A DNA stretch of 60,936 bases, taken from assembly GCA_016207245.1 (NCBI GenBank), contig JACQQA010000007.1:1-60936 (forward strand). The letters run 5' to 3'. The position numbers were made by a program, and so were the translations under genes. Source of the stretch: Candidatus Magasanikiibacteriota bacterium. Lineage in GTDB: Bacteria; Patescibacteriota; Patescibacteriia; Magasanikbacterales; UBA922. Numbering within the stretch: position 1 is the stretch's first letter; each line of letters starts with the position of its first letter. Shown here one piece after another: positions 53,128 through 60,809 of the stretch. The notes beneath the pieces were generated by a model. It saw only the letters and a program-made list of their open reading frames with translations, was not told the DNA's origin and searched no databases.

Positions 53128-54855
53128 TTACAGACTTTTTACCATATACGTCCCTTTTTTTCTATACCCTAATTTTCTATAATAATTTCTTACTCCAACT
53201 CCGGCGATCACCGAGAGTTTTTTAAATTTATTTTTCTTCGCGATCTTTTCCGCTTCTTTCATTAACTTTTTTCCCAAGCCGGTATGCTGTATTTCGCTTT
53301 TGTTAATTGCTAATTGTTTATTGTTAATTGAAATAAGTTGGCCGTAGGTGTGGAGTTCACGGATGAAGGCGAGCATACTGTCATTGCGAGGAGCGAGGAA
53401 CCTGCCTACCGGACAGGCAGGCGAGCGACGCGGCAATCCAGTCGTTTGGCCACTGGATTGCTTCGCTTCGTCGCTCGCAATGGCGAAAGGGAGACGCAGA
53501 CGGCAAAACGCGAAAACTACCTGCCGCTTTTTGTCCTCGTAACTTAAAAAGTATTCCACACCGCCTGTGGTTTCGTATTTCTCCACAAACAATTTCGGTG
53601 ATGTAGTGATGTAGTGATGTAGTGATGCGGTGATATGCCCCACTTCGCGGCACCGCAAACACTTACACTTCAACCCGTGTTTCGCCATTTCCGCTTGCAG
53701 AACTTGCCGCAGATTCGTTTCTTTGTTTCCGGCTTGAATGTCAGTTGCCGGAATATCGCGAATCAGACGGGAGATGCGGCAATAGCGCGGAGTGGCGAGT
53801 TTCATTTGAATAAGCGCGTTGATAAGTTTTTTCTGGCTGTATGGTCTGTATTTGCCTTGTTTATACCACTTATATAATTCGGTATTTTTTATTACCGAGC
53901 AGGGGTAGATTTTTACCATATCAGGCTTTAATCCCGGGTCAGAAAAAATTTGTTTATACATTTCCACATCGTGTTTTGGGGTCGTTCCCGGAAGATTTGG
54001 CATGAAATGCAAATCAACCTTGAATCCCGCTTGCCGCAGTAAATACATCGCGTCCTTAAATTGCTGAACCGTATGTCCGCGTTTGGTTAATTTTAAAATT
54101 TTGTCATCCGGCGCTTGCAAACCGAGTTCAACGCGGGTGCAGCCCATCTCCCGCATGTGGAGGATGGTTTCCGGCGTGATCAGGTCTGGGCGGGTTTCAA
54201 GAGTGAGGCCGATGATTCTATGCCGCGCTGTTTCATTGCGTTCCTGCTCTTTTTTTAGCGCAGTTTGTAAGTTACTTATACACTTACTCATTTGTACACT
54301 TACGCACTTTTTGTCTCTGTTTGTAGCTCTAAACGACTCCAACATAAACCAATACTGATACCACAACTGATACGCGTTCCAACTCCCGCCTTTGACAATA
54401 AATTCAATCTTATCGGTCGGGTGGCCGTTTTGTTCCAGCATTTCTATTCTTCTTTTCATCTGTAAATATGGATCAAACTTAAGTCCAAACGCTCGCGCCG
54501 CGGCCGGTTCGGTGGCGAGATAACTTTTTGGCATTTTGGCTTCAGACGGGCAATACACGCATTTGCCCGGGCAGGGGAATGGTTTGGTTAAAGATGTCAC
54601 AATCGCCACGCCGGAGAGAGTGCGGATGTCAGCTTTGCGCATTAACTTTTCTAATCGTTTATTTGCGACTGTTCTTTTCTTTTTTACTAAATTCTGGTAA
54701 GCTGATAACAACTGATGATTGGGTGGTTGATTGATTCCCAACTTATTGCAAGTAATCCGCCGCGAGTTATCAAATTCCGCCTTGGTTAGAGGTTTTTTTG
54801 ATATAATTTCTAAAATTATTTTTTCATTAATGTTTTTCATGTTTATGAACCCCAA
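53128..54855 (-). CDS. elp3: Elp3-like radical SAM / GNAT acetyltransferase (tRNA U34 modification family)
   Basis: Radical-SAM cluster motif CPGKCVYCP and the C-terminal GNAT motif IQHTGLGKKLMKEAEKIA. The start may be the ATG at 54840. It carries in-frame inserts at 53380-53483 and 53597-53632. Confidence 0.8.
   Translation of the reverse strand: MGFINMKNINEKIILEIISKKPLTKAEFDNSRRITCNKLGINQPPNHQLLSAYQNLVKKKRTVANKRLEKLMRKADIRTLSGVAIVTSLTKPFPCPGKCVYCPSEAKMPKSYLATEPAAARAFGLKFDPYLQMKRRIEMLEQNGHPTDKIEFIVKGGSWNAYQLWYQYWFMLESFRATNRDKKCVSVQMSKCISNLQTALKKEQERNETARHRIIGLTLETRPDLITPETILHMREMGCTRVELGLQAPDDKILKLTKRGHTVQQFKDAMYLLRQAGFKVDLHFMPNLPGTTPKHDVEMYKQIFSDPGLKPDMVKIYPCSVIKNTELYKWYKQGKYRPYSQKKLINALIQMKLATPRYCRISRLIRDIPATDIQAGNKETNLRQVLQAEMAKHGLKCKCLRCREVGHITASLHHYITTSPKLFVEKYETTGGVEYFLSYEDKKRQVVFAFCRLRLPFAIASDEAKQSSGQTTGLPRRSPACPVGRFLAPRNDSMLAFIRELHTYGQLISINNKQLAINKSEIQHTGLGKKLMKEAEKIAKKNKFKKLSVIAGVGVRNYYRKLGYRKKGTYMVKSL
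53380..53483. repeat. Family-A palindromic element in frame inside elp3
   Basis: gtcattgcgaggagcgaggaacc...ggcaatccagtcgtttggccactggattgcttcgcttcgtcgctcgcaatggc. On the minus strand it reads ...IASDEAKQSSGQTTGLPRRSPACPVGRFLAPRNDS... Confidence 0.85.
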
Positions 54856-55561
54856 AGATATAATAAAACAAAATCGCCTCGCTTACAACCTCATCGCCGA
54901 GGAGTTTTTGCTAAAACGCCAGTATCGGCTTGATGAATTGCGCTTTTTAGAACAATACCTTGACGACGGCGACAAGATTCTTGACCTCGGCTGCGGGTGG
55001 GGCAGATTGTATCAGGTTTTTGTCGGCAGGTCAATAAATTATGTCGGCGCCGACCAAAGCATTGAACCTCTCAAAATCGCGCGAAAAAAATTTCCTAAAA
55101 TAAAATTCGTCAGGGCGGAGATGACAAATTTGCCTTTTGAAAACGAAGAATTTAATAAAATTTTCTGTATTAATACTTTCCACCATCTTTTATCCAAAGA
55201 TTTGATGTTGGAAACGTTGCAAGAAATGAAAAGAGTTTTAAAGCCGGGCGGACAACTAATAATGACAAATTGGAACTTAAGAGGAGGTTGGCGCGAGAAA
55301 AAAATTGAGTCCAAAGAATATAAAGATATCGGGAATAATAATTATGAAATTCCATGGAAGAATGATCTTGGAATAGTGTTGGCCAAAAGATATTATCACG
55401 CTTTTTCTCCTTTGGAATTGAAGAAACTTTTGAATCAAGCCGGTTTTGAGGTTGAAAAACAGTATTATGAGAAGTGGGGAAATAGAAAAAAGTGGGGAAA
55501 GAGGAGCAATAAAAAAGATGGAGCGAATATTGTGAGTGTTTGTCAACCCTTGACAAGTTGA
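54830..55561 (+). CDS. Class I SAM-dependent methyltransferase
   Basis: ILDLGCGWGRL motif I, then LKPGGQLIM. The start is ambiguous (ATGs at 54830, 54839 and 54845). The track's 54731 start would overlap elp3. Confidence 0.75.
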   Translation: MFFMFMNPKDIIKQNRLAYNLIAEEFLLKRQYRLDELRFLEQYLDDGDKILDLGCGWGRLYQVFVGRSINYVGADQSIEPLKIARKKFPKIKFVRAEMTNLPFENEEFNKIFCINTFHHLLSKDLMLETLQEMKRVLKPGGQLIMTNWNLRGGWREKKIESKEYKDIGNNNYEIPWKNDLGIVLAKRYYHAFSPLELKKLLNQAGFEVEKQYYEKWGNRKKWGKRSNKKDGANIVSVCQPLTS

Positions 55562-55578
55562 TGGTTTTATAGTATAAT
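55550..55578 (+). promoter_or_regulatory. Perfect consensus sigma70 promoter
   Basis: TTGACA (55550-55555), 17 nt spacer, TATAAT (55573-55578). It overlaps the last codons of the methyltransferase gene. Confidence 0.6.
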
Positions 55579-55689
55579 TTTGTATTAAATTTTATACATA
55601 GAATAAACAAGCCAGCAGTTAGTTAAATTTAATTATAATTTGTTTAACTGGTGTCTTATTTTGCGCAGTTTTTGCGCTAGGAGGTTAGG

Positions 55690-55887
55690 ATGCCGGATCC
55701 ATGGGATCTCACCGTTGAGCAGGCCCGTGCCGAGGGCAAGAGGCTCCGTCCGAGGCTGGAAGAGGCCGACAGAATCGCGTCTTCGCTCTTCGCCGAGCAG
55801 ATCAAGGACTACGACTTCGTCGTGGTCGAGCTCGGCCCACCAGCACCTCCGACAACCTCTCGCAAACCGAATCGTCGCCGTCGTTAG
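55690..55887 (+). CDS. GC-rich 65-aa small ORF
   Basis: MPDPWDLTVEQARAEGKRLRPRLEEADRIASSLFAEQIKDYDFVVVELGPPAPPTTSRKPNRRRR. TAGGAGGTT lies 5 nt upstream, preceded by a short hairpin gcgcagtttttgcgc. Codons are GC3-rich. Confidence 0.45.
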   Translation: MPDPWDLTVEQARAEGKRLRPRLEEADRIASSLFAEQIKDYDFVVVELGPPAPPTTSRKPNRRRR

Positions 55888-56071
55888 CACTTTTTCCAGC
55901 CGTTTATCATCTCTCAATGATGTAAGACGGCAAAAACGCAGACGATCCAACCTGTCTGCGTGAGGGCCTCGGAACCCCTCACCCCATCATTGTTTCTATT
56001 ATTAAATGGATTCAGTGATGAAAAAACAACCTTTTCGCGGGTTGTTTTTATTCTTCCCCCTCCCTTCTGCC

Positions 56072-56974
56072 TTACATTCCAGTCACCAAACACACCACCG
56101 GCCCGTTCCACTGCCAGCCGGAAAGCGCGGCTTTTTTAAGTCCGGCGACAGAGAGGGCGCTGTTGGGGGAAATTGCGAGTTTGCAAGTTTCTTTTACCAG
56201 ACTTATTGCTTCCAGAATTTGTTTATTATCAATAATCCAGCCCGATCCTCCGCTGGTTTTTGTTATTTCAATCACTTTCTCTTTTCGCATCGCGACGTGG
56301 TCAACGATGGCGCCGGCTATTGATGGATTATTTAACTGTGTGGCGACTGTCAGATCAAACTCTTGCGCAATCGGGTGGCAAGCAACAGTTTGAACAATAT
56401 GAATCTGCGGACGGTTTTTTAATTTTAAATAATTATCAGTCCAAAACGCCTCGCCCAAACCTTGCGCGGTCGTGCCGGAAGAAGTGGGGACGAATATTGC
56501 CGCTAAGTTTGGAATCTTATCTAATTCTTCGGCCAATTCAAAATAGCCTAAAAGCGCGTTGTCGTCGGTTGATTGACGCAGAATTTTCGCGGCGCCGTCT
56601 TTGTCCATTTGAAACGCGGATTGTTTTGGCCTTTCCACTTGTTCAATTTTAATTTTTGTGTCCTCAATCGTCAGCAGAAGAAGTTTTAATTTTTTTTGGT
56701 CAATGTTTTGGCCGACAAAAACCGTAAGCTTAATTTTGCTCGGATTGTTGCGGTTGTGCGCTTGCGCGGCGTGAATCGCGGCCAGCGCCGCGTTGCCGGA
56801 AGAAGAAATCACGAAGTCGGTTTTACCCTCTTCTTTGAAGTATTTTTTTATCATCAGCGGGATTGACCGCCCCTTGTGCGAGCCGTATTTGTGCTGATCC
56901 TCGCGTTTAAGGTAAATATCTTTTACCCCGAGCGCTTGGGCCAGTTCGGCATAAGGCATTTGGATTGTCTTCAT
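56072..56974 (-). CDS. PLP-dependent enzyme of the Trp-synthase-beta fold (threonine-synthase-like)
   Basis: LKREDQHKYGSHKGRSIPLMI (the PLP-lysine region) and ISSSGNAALAAIHAA. Confidence 0.6.
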   Translation of the reverse strand: MKTIQMPYAELAQALGVKDIYLKREDQHKYGSHKGRSIPLMIKKYFKEEGKTDFVISSSGNAALAAIHAAQAHNRNNPSKIKLTVFVGQNIDQKKLKLLLLTIEDTKIKIEQVERPKQSAFQMDKDGAAKILRQSTDDNALLGYFELAEELDKIPNLAAIFVPTSSGTTAQGLGEAFWTDNYLKLKNRPQIHIVQTVACHPIAQEFDLTVATQLNNPSIAGAIVDHVAMRKEKVIEITKTSGGSGWIIDNKQILEAISLVKETCKLAISPNSALSVAGLKKAALSGWQWNGPVVCLVTGM

Positions 56975-57084
56975 ATATATGCGAACTTACGAAAAAAATA
57001 CGAAACTGCGAACTACGAAAATATGCTTGCAATTTGTCCGCTGTTATTGTATCATATTTTCATCTTAACATTAACTTTATTCTT

Positions 57085-57246
57085 ATGAAACTCGTCTGTC
57101 CAGAATGTAAAAACGAAGTTGATTTGTCCCGTTATCCAAATTTGGCGGTGGGCAATGTGATTGAGTGCCAGATGTGCGGGATTTCTTTGCTGGTGAATAA
57201 AATCGGTGATGATGTGGAAGCGGAGATTGTAGATGAGGGAAAATGA
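57085..57246 (+). CDS. LysW-like zinc-ribbon small protein
   Basis: MKLVCPECKNEVDL...GNVIECQMCGISLLV...EAEIVDEGK has a CPxC...CxxCG spacing and an acidic tail like amino-group carrier proteins. An internal ATG is preferred to the track start at 56965. Confidence 0.4.
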   Translation: MKLVCPECKNEVDLSRYPNLAVGNVIECQMCGISLLVNKIGDDVEAEIVDEGK

Positions 57247-57282
57247 GTGTTTTGATTAATAAGTGTGTAAGTGTATAGGTAT

Positions 57283-57317
57283 GTAAGTTTTTAAGTACAC
57301 AATACTTAAAAACTTAC
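57283..57317. terminator. Perfect 15-bp-stem hairpin between convergent genes
   Basis: gtaagtttttaagta / cacaa / tacttaaaaacttac. It overlaps the mpl stop codon. Confidence 0.55.
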
Positions 57318-58870
57318 TCACTTACAAACTTATTCACTAACATTTCAATCATCCCTCTAAAACCATGACTGCCAAGAAAAACGATAACATCCCCAGCGCG
57401 TGAGTTATCAATCAGAAATTGCACCAGCTCTTTATCATCCTCAATAAATTCAACATTTGAATGTGTTTTGCCGATTATTTTCTTTAAGTCCTCACCCTCA
57501 AGCGGCGGGGATTTTTTTTGGTCATGTTTGATATGAGTTAATTCAGGAATTATGACTAAGTCTGCCGCATTGAATTTATTATCATAACTTGGTATCGCTT
57601 CCAGCTGTCGGTTGCCGGTGTTGGGTTCAAAGATGGCGATGATTTTCCTGTCATTGCGAGGAGGATCCGCCGGCTGGCGGAGACGACGCGGCAACCCAGT
57701 GTTGTTTGGTGACTGGATTGCTTCGCTGCGGCTCGCAATGACAGACGCCAGTGTTTTCAGCGTTGATTCCGCTTTCGCCGGCGAATGCGCGATATCGTCA
57801 AAAATCGTAATTTTGCCTTCAAATCTTTTTTCCAATCTTCTTTTTAATCCCTTAAACTCGCCAATGGCTTTAATAATTGTCTCAGGCTTAATTCCAATCT
57901 CACACGCCATCGCGAACGCGCCGGTAATGTTTTCTGCCATGTAGTCACCGAGCATGTTAGTCTTTAGATGATAGGTTTTAGATTTTAAGGTGATATTGAA
58001 TTCTATGCCATCTGTATTTATTGTTAAATTATTAAATTGATAAATTGCCGACTTCGAATGTCCATAAGTAACAATTTGACAATTTGACAATTTGACAATA
58101 TTTCTTACCATCTCGTTTGCCACAATCGTCCCATTTTTCGGCACAGACTTTACTAAACTCTCAAAAGCCGCGAAATAACTATCTTCCGTCGGATACACAT
58201 CCGCGTGGTCCCATTCCACCGCGGTCAGAAGCAGGTGAGTGGGGGAGTAGTGCGCGAATTTCGGCCGATTGTCCCAACGCGCAGTTTTATATTCATCTCC
58301 CTCGAGCACGGAGTAGCATCGTCCGTCATCGCGAGCCATGACGCAGGGGCGTGGCGAACCAGTCGAATCGGACACTGGATTGCTTCGTCGTCGCGCGAGC
58401 TCCTCCTCGCAATGACAGATTGCGGACGGGAAATCCTCGTCTATTGCCAGCCCCCCAAACATATAGCTCGGCTCCAATCCGGCTTGCGTCAAAATCCAAC
58501 TCAACAGCGCGGCCGTAGTAGTCTTGCCGTAAGTTCCGGCGCAGACGATAGAATTTTTTCTGACAAAATATTCCGCGATTAGTTCCGGATAAGATTTGTA
58601 TTCAAGCTTGTGTGTTTGCGTATAAAGCCACTCGGAGTTGTTGGAGCTTGCCACATTACCAACTATAACTAAATCTGGTTCGCCATTTTTACACATTAAG
58701 TCAGGATGCCAGCCAGTGTAATAGTCAACTTTGTTTTTTTTAAGGTAATCAGAAATCGGCGGGTAAATGCCAACATCACTGCCCGTGACTTGCCATCCGG
58801 CTTTTTTAAACGCCAAAGCCAGCGCGCTCATCGCGACGCCGCAAATGCCGATGAAGTGGATGTGTTTCAT
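57314..58870 (-). CDS. mpl: UDP-N-acetylmuramate:L-Ala-gamma-D-Glu-meso-DAP ligase-like Mur ligase
   Basis: HIHFIGICGVAMSALALAFKKAGWQVTGSDVGIYPPIS resembles the Mpl N-terminus. GTYGKTTT is the P-loop. It carries two in-frame palindromic inserts. Confidence 0.8.
   Translation of the reverse strand: MKHIHFIGICGVAMSALALAFKKAGWQVTGSDVGIYPPISDYLKKNKVDYYTGWHPDLMCKNGEPDLVIVGNVASSNNSEWLYTQTHKLEYKSYPELIAEYFVRKNSIVCAGTYGKTTTAALLSWILTQAGLEPSYMFGGLAIDEDFPSAICHCEEELARRRSNPVSDSTGSPRPCVMARDDGRCYSVLEGDEYKTARWDNRPKFAHYSPTHLLLTAVEWDHADVYPTEDSYFAAFESLVKSVPKNGTIVANEMVRNIVKLSNCQIVTYGHSKSAIYQFNNLTINTDGIEFNITLKSKTYHLKTNMLGDYMAENITGAFAMACEIGIKPETIIKAIGEFKGLKRRLEKRFEGKITIFDDIAHSPAKAESTLKTLASVIASRSEAIQSPNNTGLPRRLRQPADPPRNDRKIIAIFEPNTGNRQLEAIPSYDNKFNAADLVIIPELTHIKHDQKKSPPLEGEDLKKIIGKTHSNVEFIEDDKELVQFLIDNSRAGDVIVFLGSHGFRGMIEMLVNKFVSE
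57650..57742. repeat. Family-A palindromic element in frame inside mpl (copy 1)
   Basis: gtcattgcgaggaggatccgccggctggcggagacgacgcggcaacccagt...actggattgcttcgctgcggctcgcaatgac. It is read as IASRSEAIQSPNNTGLPRRLRQPADPPRNDR. Confidence 0.85.
58325..58416. repeat. Family-A palindromic element in frame inside mpl (copy 2)
   Basis: gtcatcgcgagccatgacgcaggggcgtggcgaaccagt...actggattgcttcgtcgtcgcgcgagctcctcctcgcaatgac. It is read as ICHCEEELARRRSNPVSDSTGSPRPCVMARDDG. Confidence 0.85.
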
Positions 58871-58882
58871 AATATTTGATCG

Positions 58883-59659
58883 CTATCTCAATTTATCTCT
58901 ATCTACCAACACTGTCTTCAGTCCCTCCAAATCTTCACTCCACTTCTCCCCATCAAACCACTCCAACCCCTCAAACTGCAATTTGTAAGTATCGGTCGGA
59001 CGCTGGGCCGAGCCGAGATAAACATGCTTCTTGCCTTGTTCTTTTGCCCAAAGAATCGCTTTAAGCATCATGCCGAGGCCGGTGTTCGGGTTGAAGGTGT
59101 AAGACGTAGGACATAGGACGTAAAATGGATAGCAGTAGTGAAGGAGTTCGTCTGTTTCTAAACAAATGGCATAACCCACGTCTTTTTTACCACTCCCGTT
59201 GTCTGTTTTTTCGCCCTCGCTCCCTGTCTTGTCATCCCCGTGGAAACGGGGATCCATCGCGTTCGATTCTTGGACCCCCGCCTGTGCGGGGATGACAAAA
59301 GTAAGCAGCCTGTTGAAATTACTTTTTTTCTCATCAGTCAACAATTTTTTTACTTTGTTAGCGCTGAACACGCCTTCGCCAAACTTCGTATCATAAAAAT
59401 CCTTTGCCATCTTTCCGATTGACCAATGGTAATTGGTAATTGGTAATTGGTAATTGGTAATTTGCAAGCCTTCCGTCTTTTTTAAAATCCGTCTATTTTC
59501 GCTCGTCAGCTTGAACCTTTCTAAATCAATGCGAATACTGCGTGTCTGGTTCATCACACCTTTGCCAACGCGCGTAAATAAATAGCCCTGATTGTAGAGG
59601 GAATTAATGTTAGAGTCGGAGAAGTCAGTGATTGTTTCTTCAGCCCACTTAAGATACAT
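58883..59659 (-). CDS. Arginyl/leucyl-tRNA--protein transferase (ATE/Bpt)-like protein
   Basis: The N-terminal GYLFTRVGKGVMNQTRSIRIDLERFKLTSENRRILKK and the C-terminal HVYLGSAQRPTDTYKLQFEGLEW fit the ATE_N/ATE_C patterns loosely. The conserved N-terminal cysteines are not visible. Confidence 0.45.
   Translation of the reverse strand: MYLKWAEETITDFSDSNINSLYNQGYLFTRVGKGVMNQTRSIRIDLERFKLTSENRRILKKTEGLQITNYQLPITNYHWSIGKMAKDFYDTKFGEGVFSANKVKKLLTDEKKSNFNRLLTFVIPAQAGVQESNAMDPRFHGDDKTGSEGEKTDNGSGKKDVGYAICLETDELLHYCYPFYVLCPTSYTFNPNTGLGMMLKAILWAKEQGKKHVYLGSAQRPTDTYKLQFEGLEWFDGEKWSEDLEGLKTVLVDRDKLR
59231..59296. repeat. Family-B palindromic element in frame in the ATE-like gene
   Basis: gtcatccccgtggaaacggggatcc...cccgcctgtgcggggatgac. 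It is read as IPAQAGVQESNAMDPRFHGDD. Confidence 0.8.
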
Positions 59660-59660
59660 A

Positions 59661-60809
59661 TTAGTAGAGCGCTATCCAGAGACCAAGTAAGACGACTGCC
59701 GCGTGCATGATCCAAAACCGCATCACGGTTTTTTCCTCGCTCCAGCCGCGTAATTCAAAATGATGATGAAGTGGCGCCATTTTAAAAATTCTTTTGCCTA
59801 ACAAATATCGCCCGAAAAGCTGGACAATCACACTGCAGAGCTCAAGAAAAAAAATAAAGCCGAAAAAAGGTAGTAACAGCATTTTATTTATAATAATTGT
59901 GTTTATCGCCAATAACGCGCCTAATCCGAGCGAGCCGACATCTCCCATCTGAAAACGGGCAGGTTTGACGTTAAAATAAGTGTAAGTAATCAAAGCGCCG
60001 GTGGCGGTGGCGTTAAGCAAAGTAATTTCTCGGTAACCGGAAAGCCAGCTTAAAACTGCCAGCGCGGAAAAAGTGATCATTAGCGAACCGCCGGCCAAGC
60101 CATCCATGCCATCAGCGACATTGACCGCGTTCGCGGTAAACATGACAAAAAATATAATCAGCGGAACCAGCCACCAGCCGATATTGATATAGCCGTCAAA
60201 TGGAATAAAAATTTGCTGCCAATGTTCTCCGAGTTTGAAATAAATCCACCACGCGGTAATCGCGCCGGCCGCGAATTGCAAAAGCAGTTTTTCATGAACA
60301 TGAATGCCTCTGCCCGGATGGGAGCCGAGCCACAGAGATGAGCGTTTGAAAATTGACCACGGTAAAGTTAATATCAGCCAAATTCGCTGTGAAATTGATT
60401 TGTGAACGCGAATTAGTTTTAAAACTTGCGCGAGCTTTCTGTTTCTACGTTCATGGCCGTAAATATGCAGGACATCGTCTATTCCTCCTAATAACGCTGA
60501 TAATAACATCACGCCAATAGGCATCCAGGTAAATTTTCTTTCCCAGTTAAATAGTCCGGTAATAACCGTTATCGTCACAATTACCAAGAGTCCGCCCATA
60601 ATCGGTATGCCGGACTTGCTTTTTCGTTCTGAAATAGCCAGTGTCGGGTCATATTCCGCCCGACGGGTGATTTTGTATTTATATAGTATTTTAGTCAAAA
60701 TCGGCGCCCAGAGGAAGGCGATTAAACATGAAAACAGACCAAAAGCAATGGCCGTGCGGAGGAGATTAAGCGAGACGTCTGGAAAAGGCATATTTGGCAC
60801 CGTCGCCAA
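59661..60809 (-). CDS. mraY: Phospho-N-acetylmuramoyl-pentapeptide transferase
   Basis: About ten TMs, with GIPIMGG, GGIDDVL, NAVNVADGMDGLAGG and APLHHHFE motifs. Confidence 0.9.
   Translation of the reverse strand: MATVPNMPFPDVSLNLLRTAIAFGLFSCLIAFLWAPILTKILYKYKITRRAEYDPTLAISERKSKSGIPIMGGLLVIVTITVITGLFNWERKFTWMPIGVMLLSALLGGIDDVLHIYGHERRNRKLAQVLKLIRVHKSISQRIWLILTLPWSIFKRSSLWLGSHPGRGIHVHEKLLLQFAAGAITAWWIYFKLGEHWQQIFIPFDGYINIGWWLVPLIIFFVMFTANAVNVADGMDGLAGGSLMITFSALAVLSWLSGYREITLLNATATGALITYTYFNVKPARFQMGDVGSLGLGALLAINTIIINKMLLLPFFGFIFFLELCSVIVQLFGRYLLGKRIFKMAPLHHHFELRGWSEEKTVMRFWIMHAAVVLLGLWIALY

Noticed and set aside
55633-55963. A 105-aa minus-strand ORF and a 107-aa plus-strand ORF overlapping the second GC-rich patch.
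   Set aside because: Their translations are Arg/Ser-rich off-frame products with no SD. The 65-aa frame is the one aligned with TAGGAGG and shows GC3 bias.
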